Source: Camelus ferus
Lineage: Eukaryota
Assembly (NCBI RefSeq): GCF_009834535.1
Contig: NC_045697.1
Location: 108,564,001-108,628,000 of the forward strand
Reading direction: 5' to 3'
Length of the DNA: 64,000 bases
The position numbers and the translations under genes were made by a program. The notes beneath the pieces were generated by a model. That model did not search any database, was not told the origin of the DNA, and saw only the letters and a program-made list of their open reading frames with translations. Positions 38,141-52,669 of the stretch are shown here, piece after piece (the stretch's first letter is position 1; each line of letters opens with the position of its first letter).

Positions 38141-38395
38141 TATGACATGATCATTACTTTGAGCACATCTAATTAAATCGACCCACAAACCACTTTGTCC
38201 AGCCACAAACAGGACCATGTTCAACTTAGCTGATAAGCCACACATGGAAAGAGCAATAGCAAGATAAAGGATGCCTTAAAAAAGAAAAAAAAGATTACTA
38301 AAAAATAGGCTAGGTACTGAAACAAACTCTTTAACAAATTTTTTTTTGGTTGGAGAGCATAGGTAAAAGTGGGAGTTCTAGAATTCAATCCCAAA

Positions 38396-38488
38396 TTTTT
38401 TTTAACATTTTTATTGATTTATAATCATTTTACAATGTTGTGTCAAATTCCAGTGTTCAGCACAATTTTTCAGTCATACATGGACATT
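38396..38488 (-). mobile_element. Very short young L1 3' tail (camelid-type)
   Basis: polyT-aacatttttattgatttataatcattttacaatgttgtgtcaaattccagtgttcagcacaatttttcagtcatacatggacat, flanked by caaattt on both sides. Confidence 0.75.
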
Positions 38489-41400
38489 CAAATTTGTTCT
38501 TTTAAAAACTAGAATAATTATCTAGAGTAACCATCCTATTTAGACAATACTGGATACAAAAATAGATAAGCATTCTTAGCAAAAACACGCACCTCTTCCC
38601 AAGCCTCAAAAAAAAAAAAAAGACATGAAAAATGAAAGAAGACATTTCAATATTACCTAGAACCTGATTCTTGAGGAAATTTCATCCTTCCTCCTACTTT
38701 CAACTTGCTTCCAAGTTAAGTATTGTAACACCTCACACTGGTATGAGTAAGTTGACTTCTTTTTAACGGACACTTTAGATGCAAGTTTAAGGAAACTTAA
38801 AAATGTTCAGACATAAACTGATCAAGGTCATCAAGCAGAGTAGAGGTAGAGTCTGATTAAATCCAGGTTGCTTAATGCTTGATCTAGGGCTCTTAAGAAA
38901 AGGCAGTTCCACTAGAACTTCACAAAGTATACTGACTATTTTACATGAAATACTGTCAAATTACAGATCATAGTATCTTCTACCTTTTATAACTAATCTT
39001 TTTTATAAAGTAGTAACACTTCTGGTATTCACTTCCCTCCCTCCTATTTGCTCACCCCCCCCTTCAAAAAAGCTTTAATGTACACCATCCAGAGAAACTT
39101 ATATCAGTGATTAATTTGTTGGCAATCCACTATTTAATATTTCAATATATATGAAATTTAAACACACCCTTGACCAAATCTCATATGATACTAAAATCCT
39201 TATGTTCATGTTATCAGTGTTCATAGAGGTTTTTTTTTGAGGGGGTGGGGGTTAATAAACCTTACCTATTGAATAATAAAGGATTACAAACACTAGAGTT
39301 TAAATTATATTACAGTCTTCCATACTTAGTGTTTTAAGTATCAGAATTTAGGGTAGATATGAATGTAGCACGGAATGATACTGGTGACATTCGCATCTTT
39401 CAAGAAACAACAAAGGATTCAAACACTAAGGGCAAGCATTTCAATTCATCACATAGAAAAGCTGTCTTCACAGGTTTGACCATCATACACAATGGCAATT
39501 TTACGTTCAATTTCTTCTATAGCAAATTACTAACATAATTAATGTACATGTTTTTAGATGTGGTTGAAAGAACTAGCATCTCTATCCTATTAAGAACATA
39601 AACATGGTTAAAAAACATAAATTAGGAAAGGACAGAGAACTCAGTATTTTTATAAATCAGGTTCTGCACAAAACATTTTACGTACTAGATAGAGAGGCAG
39701 AGGAGTTGATGAGGAACATAGAAAGGGGAGATAATTTTCTTTCCTAATGCACAGCCCTAAGCAGAACTTTACAGCAGGCAAAATCTTGGGCACCCAAGTC
39801 TGATGGTTCGCTATACAATACTAGTTCTATTTTATTTTAAGCTTTAGTCTTAAATTTTTATACTTACAATCAATTATTTGTTTAAAAAAGAAAGGCAAAA
39901 ATAAATATTGAAATATAATCACTGAAAATTCATAATCTTGGCCATTAAGTTTTTAAATTGCAATGTCCTTAAATATTGCTTTAAAATAGCTAGTATGTTT
40001 TCAATAGTATTTCTTAGAATTGGTCCAACTCAAGACTTCCTAAATGTTATTATTACCTATGAAACCAGTAATAAAGCAAAAAATCAAAAAGGCTACAAAA
40101 CAACTCTAATGCAACTCATTAGGACAAGATTTACCATAATTCCATGATCATAATTACAGTTAGGGTTTAAAAACTGATAAAGTTTACAAATGTTAAGAAT
40201 ATTCTGTGTCACTGAGATGACACAGGATAATTAACATAAGCTGTTATGTTCTAGAGAGATGCTCTCGTGATCAGTACAAAAGTATGTTGATACATATGTT
40301 GATGCTAAGCTAGGAGGAGGGAACAGAGATTATACTTCATTACATTGAAGGCTACTGGTACCAATGAATTTTTAATGAAATAATACATAATCTCTAAAAT
40401 TTTCATGGGGCACACAAATTAACTATAAAATTACTGAGGTTACCCAAAACTTAAAGCAAAGAAAACAAAAAAGAAAAACGTACTATTCTAATTTTAAAAA
40501 TACACGCTGCTGCTTTAAGTGGCCAGCAGTCTCACAGCAACTCCAGGCGGCAATCATAACATCCATTAGAGAGCTCCACAGCTCAGAGCAAGCAAGCAAG
40601 TGGTTGTCAGTGCAGCTAGTAAATCACCTGATCCTATTACAAAATCAATTACTGCAGTGCATTTCCATTGCTACACAATCTGATGATGACAAAATGATAT
40701 TGGATAGCTACTGCAAGGTCAAGAAAACTGCTAAGAACATCTTTAATTGGTCTTTTATTTTTAATCATTTGGTCCTAGTTATAATGCACCCATTTTAATT
40801 GTATATTTTTATCTGAAATAAATCTATGTAGTTACCTTTAGTTGCCTGGGACATTCGATGGACAATCTCTGTAACTGGTCTGATGTATTGCTACAAGAGA
40901 ACAGATCGGAGCAGCAGGTCGAACGGCTCAACCTCTTCATTAAAGAAGAAATAACGCTGCAGCTACAGCCACACATTGATTTGCTCATTAGATAAGAATT
41001 TAACTTAAAAAATCAGAAATGGTAACATCCCTTATATACTCAAAACTGGCTAACTGCTTCATTCTGCAGCTCTCTGGCTGAAAGAAACACTGTTAAAAAA
41101 GAATAAAACAACAGCTTCCCTACAGAAGATACCAGCCACAAACTCATTGCTAAGGAAAAACTCGATATTGAAAGCAGAAGTCTCCCGGCTACTCTTTAGA
41201 AAGAAGGTAAGGTGCTTTAATATTTCGAACTGTTTTATATTAAAGCCCAAGTACTTAATAAAGGAGCAGACTCAAGATAATATACCCCCAAATTATACTA
41301 ACCACTCTTTCTGTCCTCCATCAGTTTAGATCTGTTTGCCTACTCCTTCAGCTCAGCCTATCCAACCTGTTCCCTCTGTAAATGCACACAATTCCAACAA

Positions 41401-43984
41401 CCAACAGGAATGAGCCCCACCCCTCCCTGTCCCCATACACACTGTTCAAGAACCGCTCAATATCTGGAAAAGAACTGCTGCTGCATTGCTTTGAGAAACA
41501 ACAGGGAGCAAATTACTGGACGGATTCTTTAACTTACCAATCAGAACTGCTGACCTTTTATGACTCTACGATTCAAGAAGCCCTGCCAAACGCTCACAGT
41601 AAGAATAATCAACTGATTTTACTTTTATATTATAGATTAATTTATAGGATCGTTTTCAATCTTATTATTCAATCTAAAATACAAAAACATAGGCATAATT
41701 ATTTTTTAATCAAAATTTACAGTAGCTAATAAAAATCTGAGTATTGCTGGGAGAGGGCAGGGCAGTGGTTGATATACAAAGTAACAAATTCCCTCTGAAT
41801 ATTGTACTTAAACTTCAGAAATTTGGAGCAATAAAATTCTATGGCAAAAACAGTGGTGCAGATAATGATGGAGTAAGTAAAAAAGATAATCCAAGGAGGC
41901 ACCTGCTATTACAAACGTTAGAAGAGCTAAAATGAGAAGGGCTATGTGACCATATAAATAAGTATTGACAATAGGTGAAAAGCCACCAAAAACCTGCCTT
42001 TTTGATACTAAATCTTCTCCTACCTGATTATCTGCATCTCATTAAAAAGATTCAAAAAACACAAGCCACCTTGAAAATATAAACAGTATTAAGTCTGTTA
42101 GCCATATTCTAGTATCTTTTTTTACTTAAGCATCCACTTTTGCCAATAATGTATAAAGATATTTATGTACACCATATAATTACAATCCACATTATAATTT
42201 CCAGGACAAGAGAGGATCACATTAATGCAAATACTTTATAGTCTTCCTAAATAATCAGACTTCAAATAATTGTAACTTAATGAACATTCATAGACCAACA
42301 ATTAGCAGTTTTTCTTAACAGCACCTTTTTTGAGGAAGATAGTCTAAAAACTAAAAAGAAATGCCTTGAATTAAAATGTGTATTTTAAAACTTCCTGTTT
42401 TCTGTGGCATTGAAAGGTTATTTGTGTATGCCTCATGCTCAATTTTTTCTTTGGTTTAAATTTAAAAAGAGCCAGTATTGCCTCTTCGTTCACCTTGCAC
42501 TGCCCTTTTGATAGTCATGTTATACTTAAATCAATTTCCAGAATATCTATAAACAGGCATGCACTTCACATTGAATTTTTTAAAAACCTTTTGTAGATAA
42601 AGCCTATGGAAACAAACAAGCAAAATAATGCAGTAACCTTTTACTCGCCTGCTGGAGGTACTGTCTGCTGCACAGAATTTTAAATCCTCATCTGCAGATG
42701 CAATTGAGCTGGTATTGCCAAGAACTCTGCTTTTCCTGTGCTGCTGCTACACAGCTATTCATCGAAAGAGCACCTTATGTGGAAAATGTGAAGTACTCTC
42801 GATTTAAGTTTCTTATATGATTTAACAAAAGAACTTCTAAAATCTAGCTGTAGCTCTGTTGTGTCAGATTTTCAGAGGCATGTCAGATACGTTGGGGGAA
42901 AAGGTCTTATTGCTACTGATGCACTCCTCCTAGCAAATATGCAAGACTGGGAAGCTTAGCAAGGTAATGGAAAATTAATACATTATCCTAATGTAAGAAC
43001 AATGTACTGAGCATTAAAAACCTCATGCAGTTTATATTGTCAACAAATGTATAGTGTGCCCATAATAATCTGAAGTTCTTATTAGCTTCATAATTAACAA
43101 AGCCTTTAAATAAATCATTGTGTCTAATATTACAGAAATCCATCAATAAAAATCCCCACCAAATGCATACTGCTGTTAATGAAAATCAGTTATTTTACTA
43201 GCTACTCAGCATCAATGTCAATTCTAAATAAAACCATGAAATAAAGAATCCAAAAGTGTAGATTACTACTCGTGAAATAACTTCATTTCCCTAATCCCTT
43301 ACCAATACCCTCTGGATCTTCTATTAGTTATAACTGAAATAGAATCTAAGTAATAAATGCTATTTTCGCTATTTATTATTTTTCCTTCCATGTCAGCTAA
43401 TTCAATGTACTATTGATTCTTAGGTTGTATACAGATGGAGGCAGAAGGCAAATTAACAAAGATAAAGCTTTAAGAACTAACTGACAAAGAAACATACTAC
43501 TATTTAAGGGGGGAAAAAGTTAATAGTTACATTCGTCTAGCTAAAGAAATGTTTATAAAGAGGTAAATACAATATTGCTCACAAATGACATTAAGCATCA
43601 TGATTTTTTTAATAAATTAACTCCTTTTCAGAGTTGTGCTTTCCCTCTTAATTGCATGCAACTCTATCAAAAACTTGTTTTAAAAAATTTAACAATCTAT
43701 TACTACTGAATTAATTTCTACTTCTCTAAGAAATAAGGTGACCATTCTGTTACACAGTATTCTAAAAGATGTGAAATCTACAAACACAACCCTGCAGGTC
43801 AGGGCATCCTTCTTCAATGCCCAAATTTATACAAATAAGTAAACACACGCTAACTTCAATAGTTCCCTTAAAGTAAAATCTATCAAATAGAAGCTTATCT
43901 AATTGACACTATTATATTTTTTTAAACTTTTCTTTTATTTAAAACACTACATTGCCACTTACAGTATCCTGTGAGAAATTATTC

Positions 43985-44480
43985 CAGCAGTTCTCAAAAT
44001 TTGGACCTTGGGGGTCCCTGAGACCTCTATAAGCCATCTATGAGATCAAAATTATTTTCATAATACTAAGATGTTATTTGTGTTTTCACTCAATCTCTCA
44101 TAAGTATACAATAAAGTTTTCTTGGCTTCTAATACTACATGGCTTATAACATCCTAACAGATTGAATGCAGAAGCAGATATGAGAATCCAATTGTCTTCC
44201 ATTAAGCCAGACTTTAAATAGATTTGCAGAAATGTAAAGTAATGTCATCTTTCTCATTTGTTTTGGGAAAATATGGCTATTTCTCCATTGCGTGAATATG
44301 TAATTACCTGTTATTTTTAAGTAAATTTAATAAATGAATACTTTTTAAATTTCTCAGTTTTACTTTCTAAGGGTAAACACTGAGAAATACAGCCCAAATA
44401 AATCAAAGATCTTTGGGGTACTAAATAATTTCTAAGAGTGTAATGGGGGTCCTGAAACCCAAAAATGTTGAGACTCACTA
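43985..44480 (+). mobile_element. Charlie1-family non-autonomous hAT element
   Basis: cagcagttctcaa...ttgagactcacta ends; gaatgcagaagcagatatgagaatccaattgtcttccattaagccagac core. Confidence 0.8.
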
Positions 44481-44961
44481 GAAATTTTTGTTTACCTTTC
44501 TCCTTCAGTCAAAGCTTACAGTTTTGGTTATAAAAATGACTTCAGTAATTTTAAAAGCAGTGATTCTAAAACCTTTCATTTTAGAATATCAAATATAAAA
44601 TGTTTCTGAATTTTCACTGATGTCATTTTTAATACTCAACTTGCAGCCACGTTAATTATTGAATACGATTATCAGCTATGTCTCACAGTACTGTTTAAAA
44701 CTAACATCTATTGTCTAAAAGTAGTAGATAACTGATAATTATGATGTTCATGCAGCAAGATATTAAAATCTATCTTGTGAACACATACATGTTGAAAAAG
44801 AGAAAATCAGCTATTAGGAAAAATGTGAGATTATGTATTTTTTAACATAAAAACAAATCATTAAGAACAGTTTCTAAAATTCACCTTGCCTGTATAAAAT
44901 TACTAGTTTTAAATAATTTTTTTCCTGAGAAGAAATACATAACCTTTAAGTAAAATAGAGT

Positions 44962-45121
44962 GTACCCTCCATACAGACAGATGTGGAATCCACAGAGACA
45001 GAGGGTCAACTGTGCTACATCATTTATGTGAGGGACTTGAGCATCCACAAATTCTGGTATCTGTGGGGTCTTGTAAACAACCCCCCATGCCCATCCCCCC
45101 AGACACCAAGGGACAGCTGTA
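44962..45121 (-). mobile_element. MER2/Tigger-family MITE, internally deleted
   Basis: agggacttgagcatccacaaattctggtatctgtggggtc...gacaccaagggacagctgta. Confidence 0.8.
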
Positions 45122-47316
45122 CATCTCAAGAAGGGACTGCTTTTTAGTAATAAATAGATAACTGGAGGGAGGGAAAACCTTCATGACTACATGAAAGACA
45201 GTCAAGAGAAATTACAGTAAAATAACAATTATTTTATAGCAATTCCTACTGCTGAAAATATGTTGACTATTTGCTATATTAAGGCTTTACAGTCAAAGGC
45301 GGGAAAGACGGCTTCTTAGTCCTCTGAATTTTAATCTACTAGCCCGCATTTTCCCGTTAAGTTCCACAGGGTTAATTTTCAAAGTGGTTCTCCTTGGTTC
45401 TGTCTTTGGCCAAACCCCATGCCCTCAATGTTCAAGAGCTTTAGTTCCCATTCAGCCATTCAGTCATTAAACTATTTACCAGGCAACTACCATGTGCTAA
45501 GCAGGTAGAGGTAATGAAGTAGCAATGCACAAAACAGAAAGAAACCCCTCCTACCTTCATTCAACTTATATTCCAGGAGGAGAAGACACATAACAAACAA
45601 AACAAATATTTACTATAGCAGATGGTGATAACTCAGAAGGAGACCAAAAAAAAAAAAAAAAAAAAAAGAAGGAAGAATGAAGTGGCCACAAAAAGCCTCA
45701 TTTTTCTTATTAGAAACATAAATAATACTTTTAAAGATTTAAGTTTTTTTTTTAATGTTGGGAGAAGCAGTAGCAGCAAAAACATGTATTCAGTAGACAA
45801 AAAATTGAATTTTTAAAATAAAATTTTCCATTATATATAAAAGTACAGAGAAGACTATAATGAATCTCTATGACCTATCTGTCACCCCTAGTCAACAATT
45901 ATTCAAGATATTGTCAACATTGCTCTGTTTGCCTTGTATTCTTTTGTTTTTATAAGCTATTTTAAAGTAAATCCCAGACATGATGTCACTCCCTTCCACC
46001 CACACACATCACGCGTATCTTTAATTCTGCCATTGCCCTATATAATCACAAAATTACTATATCACACTTGTCAAATTAAGTTTCCATGGTATTAACTAAT
46101 ACCAGTCAATATTCAAAATTTCCAAGACTACCTCAAAAATGTCTATTCTAGGTAATGTGATCAAAACAGAACCTAAAAAGAACTACTCTTTGTATGTCCT
46201 GCTTATGTTTCTGACATCTCTTTCATTTAAGAGCAACTCCCCAGGCCCCTTTTTCATGCCACTGACTCAGCAGAAACCATGTCAGCTGTCTCGTATCCTG
46301 AGATTATATGCTTCTTCATTATGTCACTTACTTTGTACTCCCATCTTTCCTATTTTCCACAAATAATTTTGGCTAATGACTATTTCAAATCCAAACTCAA
46401 CAGAAATACTAGAGATTTAGGTGGCAAACACAGGAGTCCTTCTAACTCCAGAGAATCAAACAGCAATTTAAGTCTACTGGTAATTTTTGACCACTTGTTG
46501 AAATTAATTTGAAACATTTAACATGGTGCAATAGCTCTGAGAAGACAGAAGAGGGAACTATAATATTTAGAAATTCCACGTTTAAACAGCTCTAACTTTT
46601 GTTTTAAATTTAAAGACTGATTTTCAGCTTGGCAATGGTTAAAAATATAGAAATGATTACTGCCTTATGTATCCTCCTCCCAAAAACAAAACAAAATAAA
46701 CAAAAAACCCTAGAATCCAGAAGGAAAAGATCTGGAAGAACAGGGTGAATGCACAATCTTCATTTATTTATAAGTTGTATCACACTAATAAATGATAACC
46801 ATTAACAAAAGTTACCATTTAAAAGTATTCTATGAAACAATGCACTTCCACTTTCTAAATAATTTTCTTTAATAATAAATAAGCATATATATATATAACC
46901 AATATATGTGCTTTACAATAACCATTTTAGTCCAAAATATAAGTTCAAAATCAGTTTTTAAAAATAGTTTCCTTGAAGCCATTAGGAAAATCCAGAAATT
47001 AAAGGTTTTAAAGCAAGTTATTTTTATGTGTCTATGTATTCAAAGGGGAACTGCAAAAAGACTTCAGTAATAATGACATCTTGAGAACAAGTGCATATAT
47101 ATATATTTTCCTAAGATGTTTGCTCTGAAGAATACTGATACTTTATTAAAACGCAAATTTTATTTATATAAAAATACAAATCTGTCACTTTAATTAAAAC
47201 CAAAGTACTTTATGCAAGCACACAAAAGAAGAGTAAAGTGTACACATAAATGACTGCTACCATACCAAGGCAAGAGAGAATAGAGGCAGCTATGTAATTA
47301 CAGGGCAGAATTCCGG

Positions 47317-48147
47317 TCAGCTTTCTGTTACCAGCTGACAAAGAGCCCCTTTACTCCAGTTTCCAATAACGTGTTCCTTTCCTTTTGCACCATCAAAGTT
47401 CGTATTTCCACCGAAATTCTGTTTATAATGATTTAGGCATTTCTTTAAGAAGCTATAGGCTTTCTTTACCATGTTCCTTACTTTCTTCTGAGTCCTCATC
47501 TTCAACATCTTTAATGTCCATATTTATACCAACAGTACCTTCAAGACAATCTAGGCTTTTTCTATCATGCTCCTCAAAATTCTACCAATTACCCAAGTTT
47601 CAAAGCCACTTCCATACTTTTAGGTACTTGTTCCAGATGCACCCCCACCCCTGTATTAGCTTCCTATGGCTGCTATAACACGTGACTGCAAACTTGGCAG
47701 CGCGTAACAACATGAATTTATTATACACAGTTCTTGAGGTCAGAAGTCCATAATTGGTTTCACTGGGCTAAAAATCAAGGCGTTAGCAGGCCAGTGTTCT
47801 TTCTAAAAGCTCTAGCAGAAAACCTGTTTCCTGGCCTTTTCTAACTTCAGAAAGCTGTGTGAATTCCTTAGCTCCTGGTCCTTTCCTCAGTCTTCAAAGT
47901 CCACCATTCTAATCTCTACTTCAGTCTCCCATCTCTTTCTTCTGCCCTGACCTTCTCATCTCCCTCTTTAAGGAGTCTGATTAAACTAGGCCCACCTGGA
48001 TAATTCCAGATAAACACCCCATCTCAAGACCCTTAACTTAATAACATATGAAAAGTTTCTTCAGCCACATAAACGAATACATTCGCAGGTTTTAGAAATT
48101 AGGACATGACATCTTTGAGGAATGGGAATACTATTCAACCCCCCACA
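47317..48147 (-). mobile_element. MLT1 (ERVL-MaLR) 5' LTR (48147-47652) plus adjacent internal fragment
   Basis: LTR end tgtattagcttcctatggctgctataaca and gttcttgaggtcagaagtcc; internal peptide EHVIGNWSKGALC. Confidence 0.88.
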
Positions 48148-48149
48148 AT

Positions 48150-48860
48150 ATATCACAAAAAGCATGAAATACAAAAGAAAAAATATAAACTCATCTTCAT
48201 CAAAATAAAAAACTTTTGAACTTCAATAGATACAGTTAAAATATGAAAAGGCAAAGCCACAAACTGGGAAAAATCTCCAAACAGTTATCCAAAGGACTCG
48301 TATCTCGTTTCTTATAAAGATAATCATATACCCACTATATGACTCCGCTACTTCACTCAGAGGGAAAATGAAGGCCCATGTTTACATAAAAAACTTCACA
48401 CAAATGTCTGTAGCCAATCTGTAATAGCCAAAAACTGCTAACAATCCAATGCGGCAACAGGTAAATGGAAAACAAATTGTGATATATCCAAAAAATGGAA
48501 CAGCATTCCCTAGTAAAAAGGGGCAAAGTATTGATAGTTCATACAACAATATGGATAAATCTTAAATTTATTAAGATGGGGGAAAGAAGCCAAACAAAAG
48601 AGGAGACACATATCATTTTACTTATACATAATGTTCCAGAAAACACAAACTAGCCTGTATTGATAGAAAGTAAAATCTTTTTTAAAATGATTGCCTGGAA
48701 GGTTGGGGAGGAGAGAGAGGAATTGGAGAGTTATAAATAGGTTTTTGTATATACTCATTATCTTGAATGTGGTGATGGTTTCATGAGTATACACATGTGT
48801 CAAAATTCATCAAATTACACATTAACTATATCAAAACAAAATTAAAGTTTTTAAAGTTTA
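48150..48860 (+). mobile_element. Old L1 3' fragments
   Basis: catcaaaataaaaaacttttg, tgtaatagccaaaaactg, ttatcttgaatgtggtgatggtttcatgagtatac. Confidence 0.82.
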
Positions 48861-49336
48861 AAAGTTAGAACACGGAAAAGAAGCAGAGAAATTAAAATCT
48901 GAAACCTATTTTTCCGGCAGAATCTTAATAAACAGTCTGGAGACAAAATAAAGAATCCCAAAGACAATTCTGGGATGTTACACTGACACGATAAAAGATG
49001 TTACACCGATACTATAGTATAATTTAAAATACATATAATATGTACACTAACTATGGGGAGTCAGTGTTCAAACTGAATTAAACTGAATTATAGGACACCA
49101 GCTGATATCAGAGAATTAGTATTGGAACACAGATATTAACTGTGGAATTTAGGAAAGATTTCCAGCTAGAAAGTAAAAGAAAAGGGTAGTGGTACTGTCT
49201 CCTGGACTTCTCCACCACTCCTAATCGCTCCAACAACATAAAAAGGAGAAAGTTCAGGAAACTTTTGTAACTTGATGTTTAAAATAAACTTTCTAAGCAG
49301 ACTGATGGAGGGGTCAAAAACAAGCTTTACTAAGAA

Positions 49337-49434
49337 GGGAGGGTACAGCTCAAGTGGTAGAGCACATGCTTAGCATGCACATAAATAAGTAAACCTAATT
49401 TACCTCCCCCCTAAAAATATAAATAAATAAATAT
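49337..49434 (+). mobile_element. tRNA-derived SINE (camelid Vic-1-like), internally deleted
   Basis: Head gggagggtacagctcaagtggtagagcacatgcttagcatgcac (A-box), A-rich tail, repeat gctttacta at 49324-49332 and 49435-49443. Confidence 0.78.
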
Positions 49435-52104
49435 GCTTTACTAGTGATGAGGCACATTTATTTTCACCTTCCAAGAGAGTGTCTAATAAATATTTGACTT
49501 GTCTTTTAACATGTTTAGCTCTCAAAAGGCAAAAGATATGTACCCACCAAGTCAACTAAAAAGAATGATCCAGATATGCATGATCCAGCAAAACAGAGAC
49601 ACTAGCAGGGAATCAACACGTCTGGGCTCCAAGTCAGACAAATCTCAGTAGGCAATATTCGTTTAGGCAGATCACCATCTCATAAACATCCATTTGCTCA
49701 TTTAAAAATGATAGACAATAATAATCTCACAACAGATTGTTACCATAGTCCCATCTCTGTGTAAACCAGCTCCATTGGAAATGTAAGCTATCTTGATTGT
49801 GGTGGCGGTTTTGTACATCTGAAATATGTGTAGTTCACTGTACAGGAATCATATCATAATAGAGGTGTTAAAAAACACACAAAGAGAGTCAACTGACTTC
49901 TAAAGGGAACGAACTGCTTACTGTGTGGATATGAAAGGAAACCAGGCTGAAAATCAAACGGACAAAGAAGAAGGGAGGGAGGGAGGGCAGGAGGAAAAAG
50001 AAGGAGAACGGGAGACAGAGAGAGACACAGAAAGAGACGGGGCGGGGGGGGGGGTCAGCAGGTGGGAGCTAGTAATTGGGAAAGCTATGTTCAGTTTGCT
50101 ATGTCTCTTTCATGGGTCACAGTAAAGTTTCAGCATGTGATGAGAGACATAAGAGCAATTCAATCTTTTCCACTTAGCATAGCTGAAAGCAAAACCAATA
50201 CAGCCCTAACATAGCTAAACAATTACAATTAAAATGTTCCCCAAGTGGTGTGATCAACTTACGGAAACTAGGACGTAGGTACTTTTCTGCATATCCACAC
50301 CAAGGTGCAGTGAAATAGCCCCAGATGAGAGGTGAGAAGCCCTTTCCAGGGAAGCGGAATTCTCCACTAAGTTAATAGCCAAAATAGTACACCTAGTTCA
50401 GACTACAACATAACTTTACTACCTAAAATAGCATTCAACCTATCACTAATGCTGTAAGAAAAATAGTCAAGCCAGAAAGATAACTTCCATATTGTCATAG
50501 TTTCAAAACCATCAGCACATCGACTTTTTCCAATCAAGCTTTGGGGCAAATCTCTTTGAGGCAAATAAGCTACTGCAGTACCACAGCCAAATTAACTTCA
50601 AGAGCAGCCAAAACATGCTAAGAGCAAACTCAAAAGTCATTCCTAAAATTCTCTTTCTAGACGGAAGTTAATTCAGTTAACCCTGGTGATCAATGAGGAG
50701 TCACACCACAGACAGACTGCCCTTATATTCCTACAGCAGTGATTCTAAACCAAGGGGAGGGGCAGGGCAGGAAGCACAGTCTGAAAAAGTACAGCCAAAA
50801 CTATAATAAAACACCAAATTTCTTTGTGCTACAAAGTACAGAAAGTAATGCTTTATAAATCCCTAATAAGACCTTCTAACTGCCTGTGGATAACAGGTGC
50901 AGGTATGGGGAGGGCAGAGCCTCCTTCCATATCTGTAAAATGGAGCAGACTAATGGTTTTAACAGGCATTAAGGGAGGGGGAAAGGAAAGAATATGGAAA
51001 GAGAAATGGCCTAGGGCACTGACATGTCTATTTCTAAAAGACAGGGATGAGTTAAACTGTAAATTCTCATCAATGGCATCCCTGTTTACTAACTGAGATT
51101 CAAATGGAGAACCCTGTTATCTAAAAGTAAACTATGGTTATGGCATGCTACTTTTCAAAGAGCAAAGTATATTGATATATTATCAAAATAGTCACATCAA
51201 AAATATTTTATTTATTTATTTTTTTTACTATCTGGAACATATTCTGTGGAATTTTATTTTATCATAAGGTTTTTAATCATACTAGAGCTAAAATTGCTGA
51301 TTTGTAGAACAAACGGATTTGGAGAGGTCAGAAATCCTCAAACGCAAGATCTGGGGATATAATATATATAAATATACATTATTATATAAATAAATATGTA
51401 CTACACCCATTCTGAGTTAAAGAAGTAACAATACTAAACAAACAGAAAATGGTTTCTTTACGCTATTCATAGTATGAGTGATATTCAACCATTTTCCCCT
51501 AACAGAACCTTCTGCAAATGAAATCTTACATAAAATCCAATATTTAAAAGATATGAACAATATTAATGTGAAATTATTTTGTGAGTTATATTTACTTCCA
51601 TAAAGAGAATGAATAAAACAATGTGGCTGTCCAACAAATATAAAAATATGTAGTCATGAGTTTTTATTAGTTTCAGCAATTTATTTCGGTATTGTTTCAA
51701 TTAGACTATATCAAGAAGATCCTGATACATAAAGACAGGTACCTGAATAAGAAATTTCTGTAAGATATTTTGAAACATTTCAATTCAAAGCTAAATCAAT
51801 AAGTTTCCAACAACTGTCAGCTCCTTATAAATGTGTAAAACTAAAAATACCCCTAAATTTTAAATGAGGCTAATATTACCTGTAGAACAATATGCTTGAG
51901 ATATTTACTGATCTGTTAACTTACACAGTGACTATTTACACTACTGACAAAGCACAAAAAGAACACAAGAGCTGTATATGTATCTGAGTCTTACCCACAT
52001 TTAGCTGAGCCCATTCCTCCCCTTGCCTATGCAGTAGAGTCATCATTCTTACGACTCTACCTACAGAATACAGCCAGTGGGAAAACATCTTTTAAAAAAA
52101 ACTT

Positions 52105-52669
52105 TGTGAGTTAAAACTTTCTTTCAAATGACACTGAGAAAGGGAAAAGCAGCTTCTGATATACAGGAACTTGCCTGGTACTAGCAGCCAAGTCTTGGTA
52201 TTCTTCTGTTGAACATAAACTATTTCACAGAACATCAGCATTAGACACGGCCATTCTGACCAGCAAAACAAGACCGCTTGGTAATCACATCTAAACACTG
52301 TCCAAGCCACAAAAATACCAAACGTCCTCCTCTCGCAGAAAGTATGAGTGAACGCTGCTGCTTTAACAATTATAACTTTAATCTCACTATATTCTACCCT
52401 CCCTACAGATAAGACTTATTGAGATACCAAAGCATAAAATTGTTCCTGCTTTTTGATAGCACCCAATCCAGAGTGGACCTCTGCTACCTTGGACCAGTCC
52501 CTCAATCACCCAACCAAAGCCCAAACCCTTTAAGTCCTTTCCAACACCCTCTTACTGGGACATCACATGGTTTCCCACAGCGTGTTCTCCCTTGCTGCAA
52601 TAAGTAATAAATCCAGCTTGTCCAACCACCAGGTGTGTTCCTGGTGCTCTTTGCTGGAGGGCATTGACA
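52105..52669 (+). mobile_element. Probable ERV1-class solo LTR (MER31/MER67-like)
   Basis: gaacatcagcattagacacggccattctgacc, cccaatccagag, aataaa signal and ...ggcattgaca terminus; left boundary uncertain. Confidence 0.55.

Noticed and set aside
49337..49380. tRNA gene
   Set aside because: Only the 5' half is present; no T-arm/B-box, and an A-rich tail with flanking repeats indicates a SINE.
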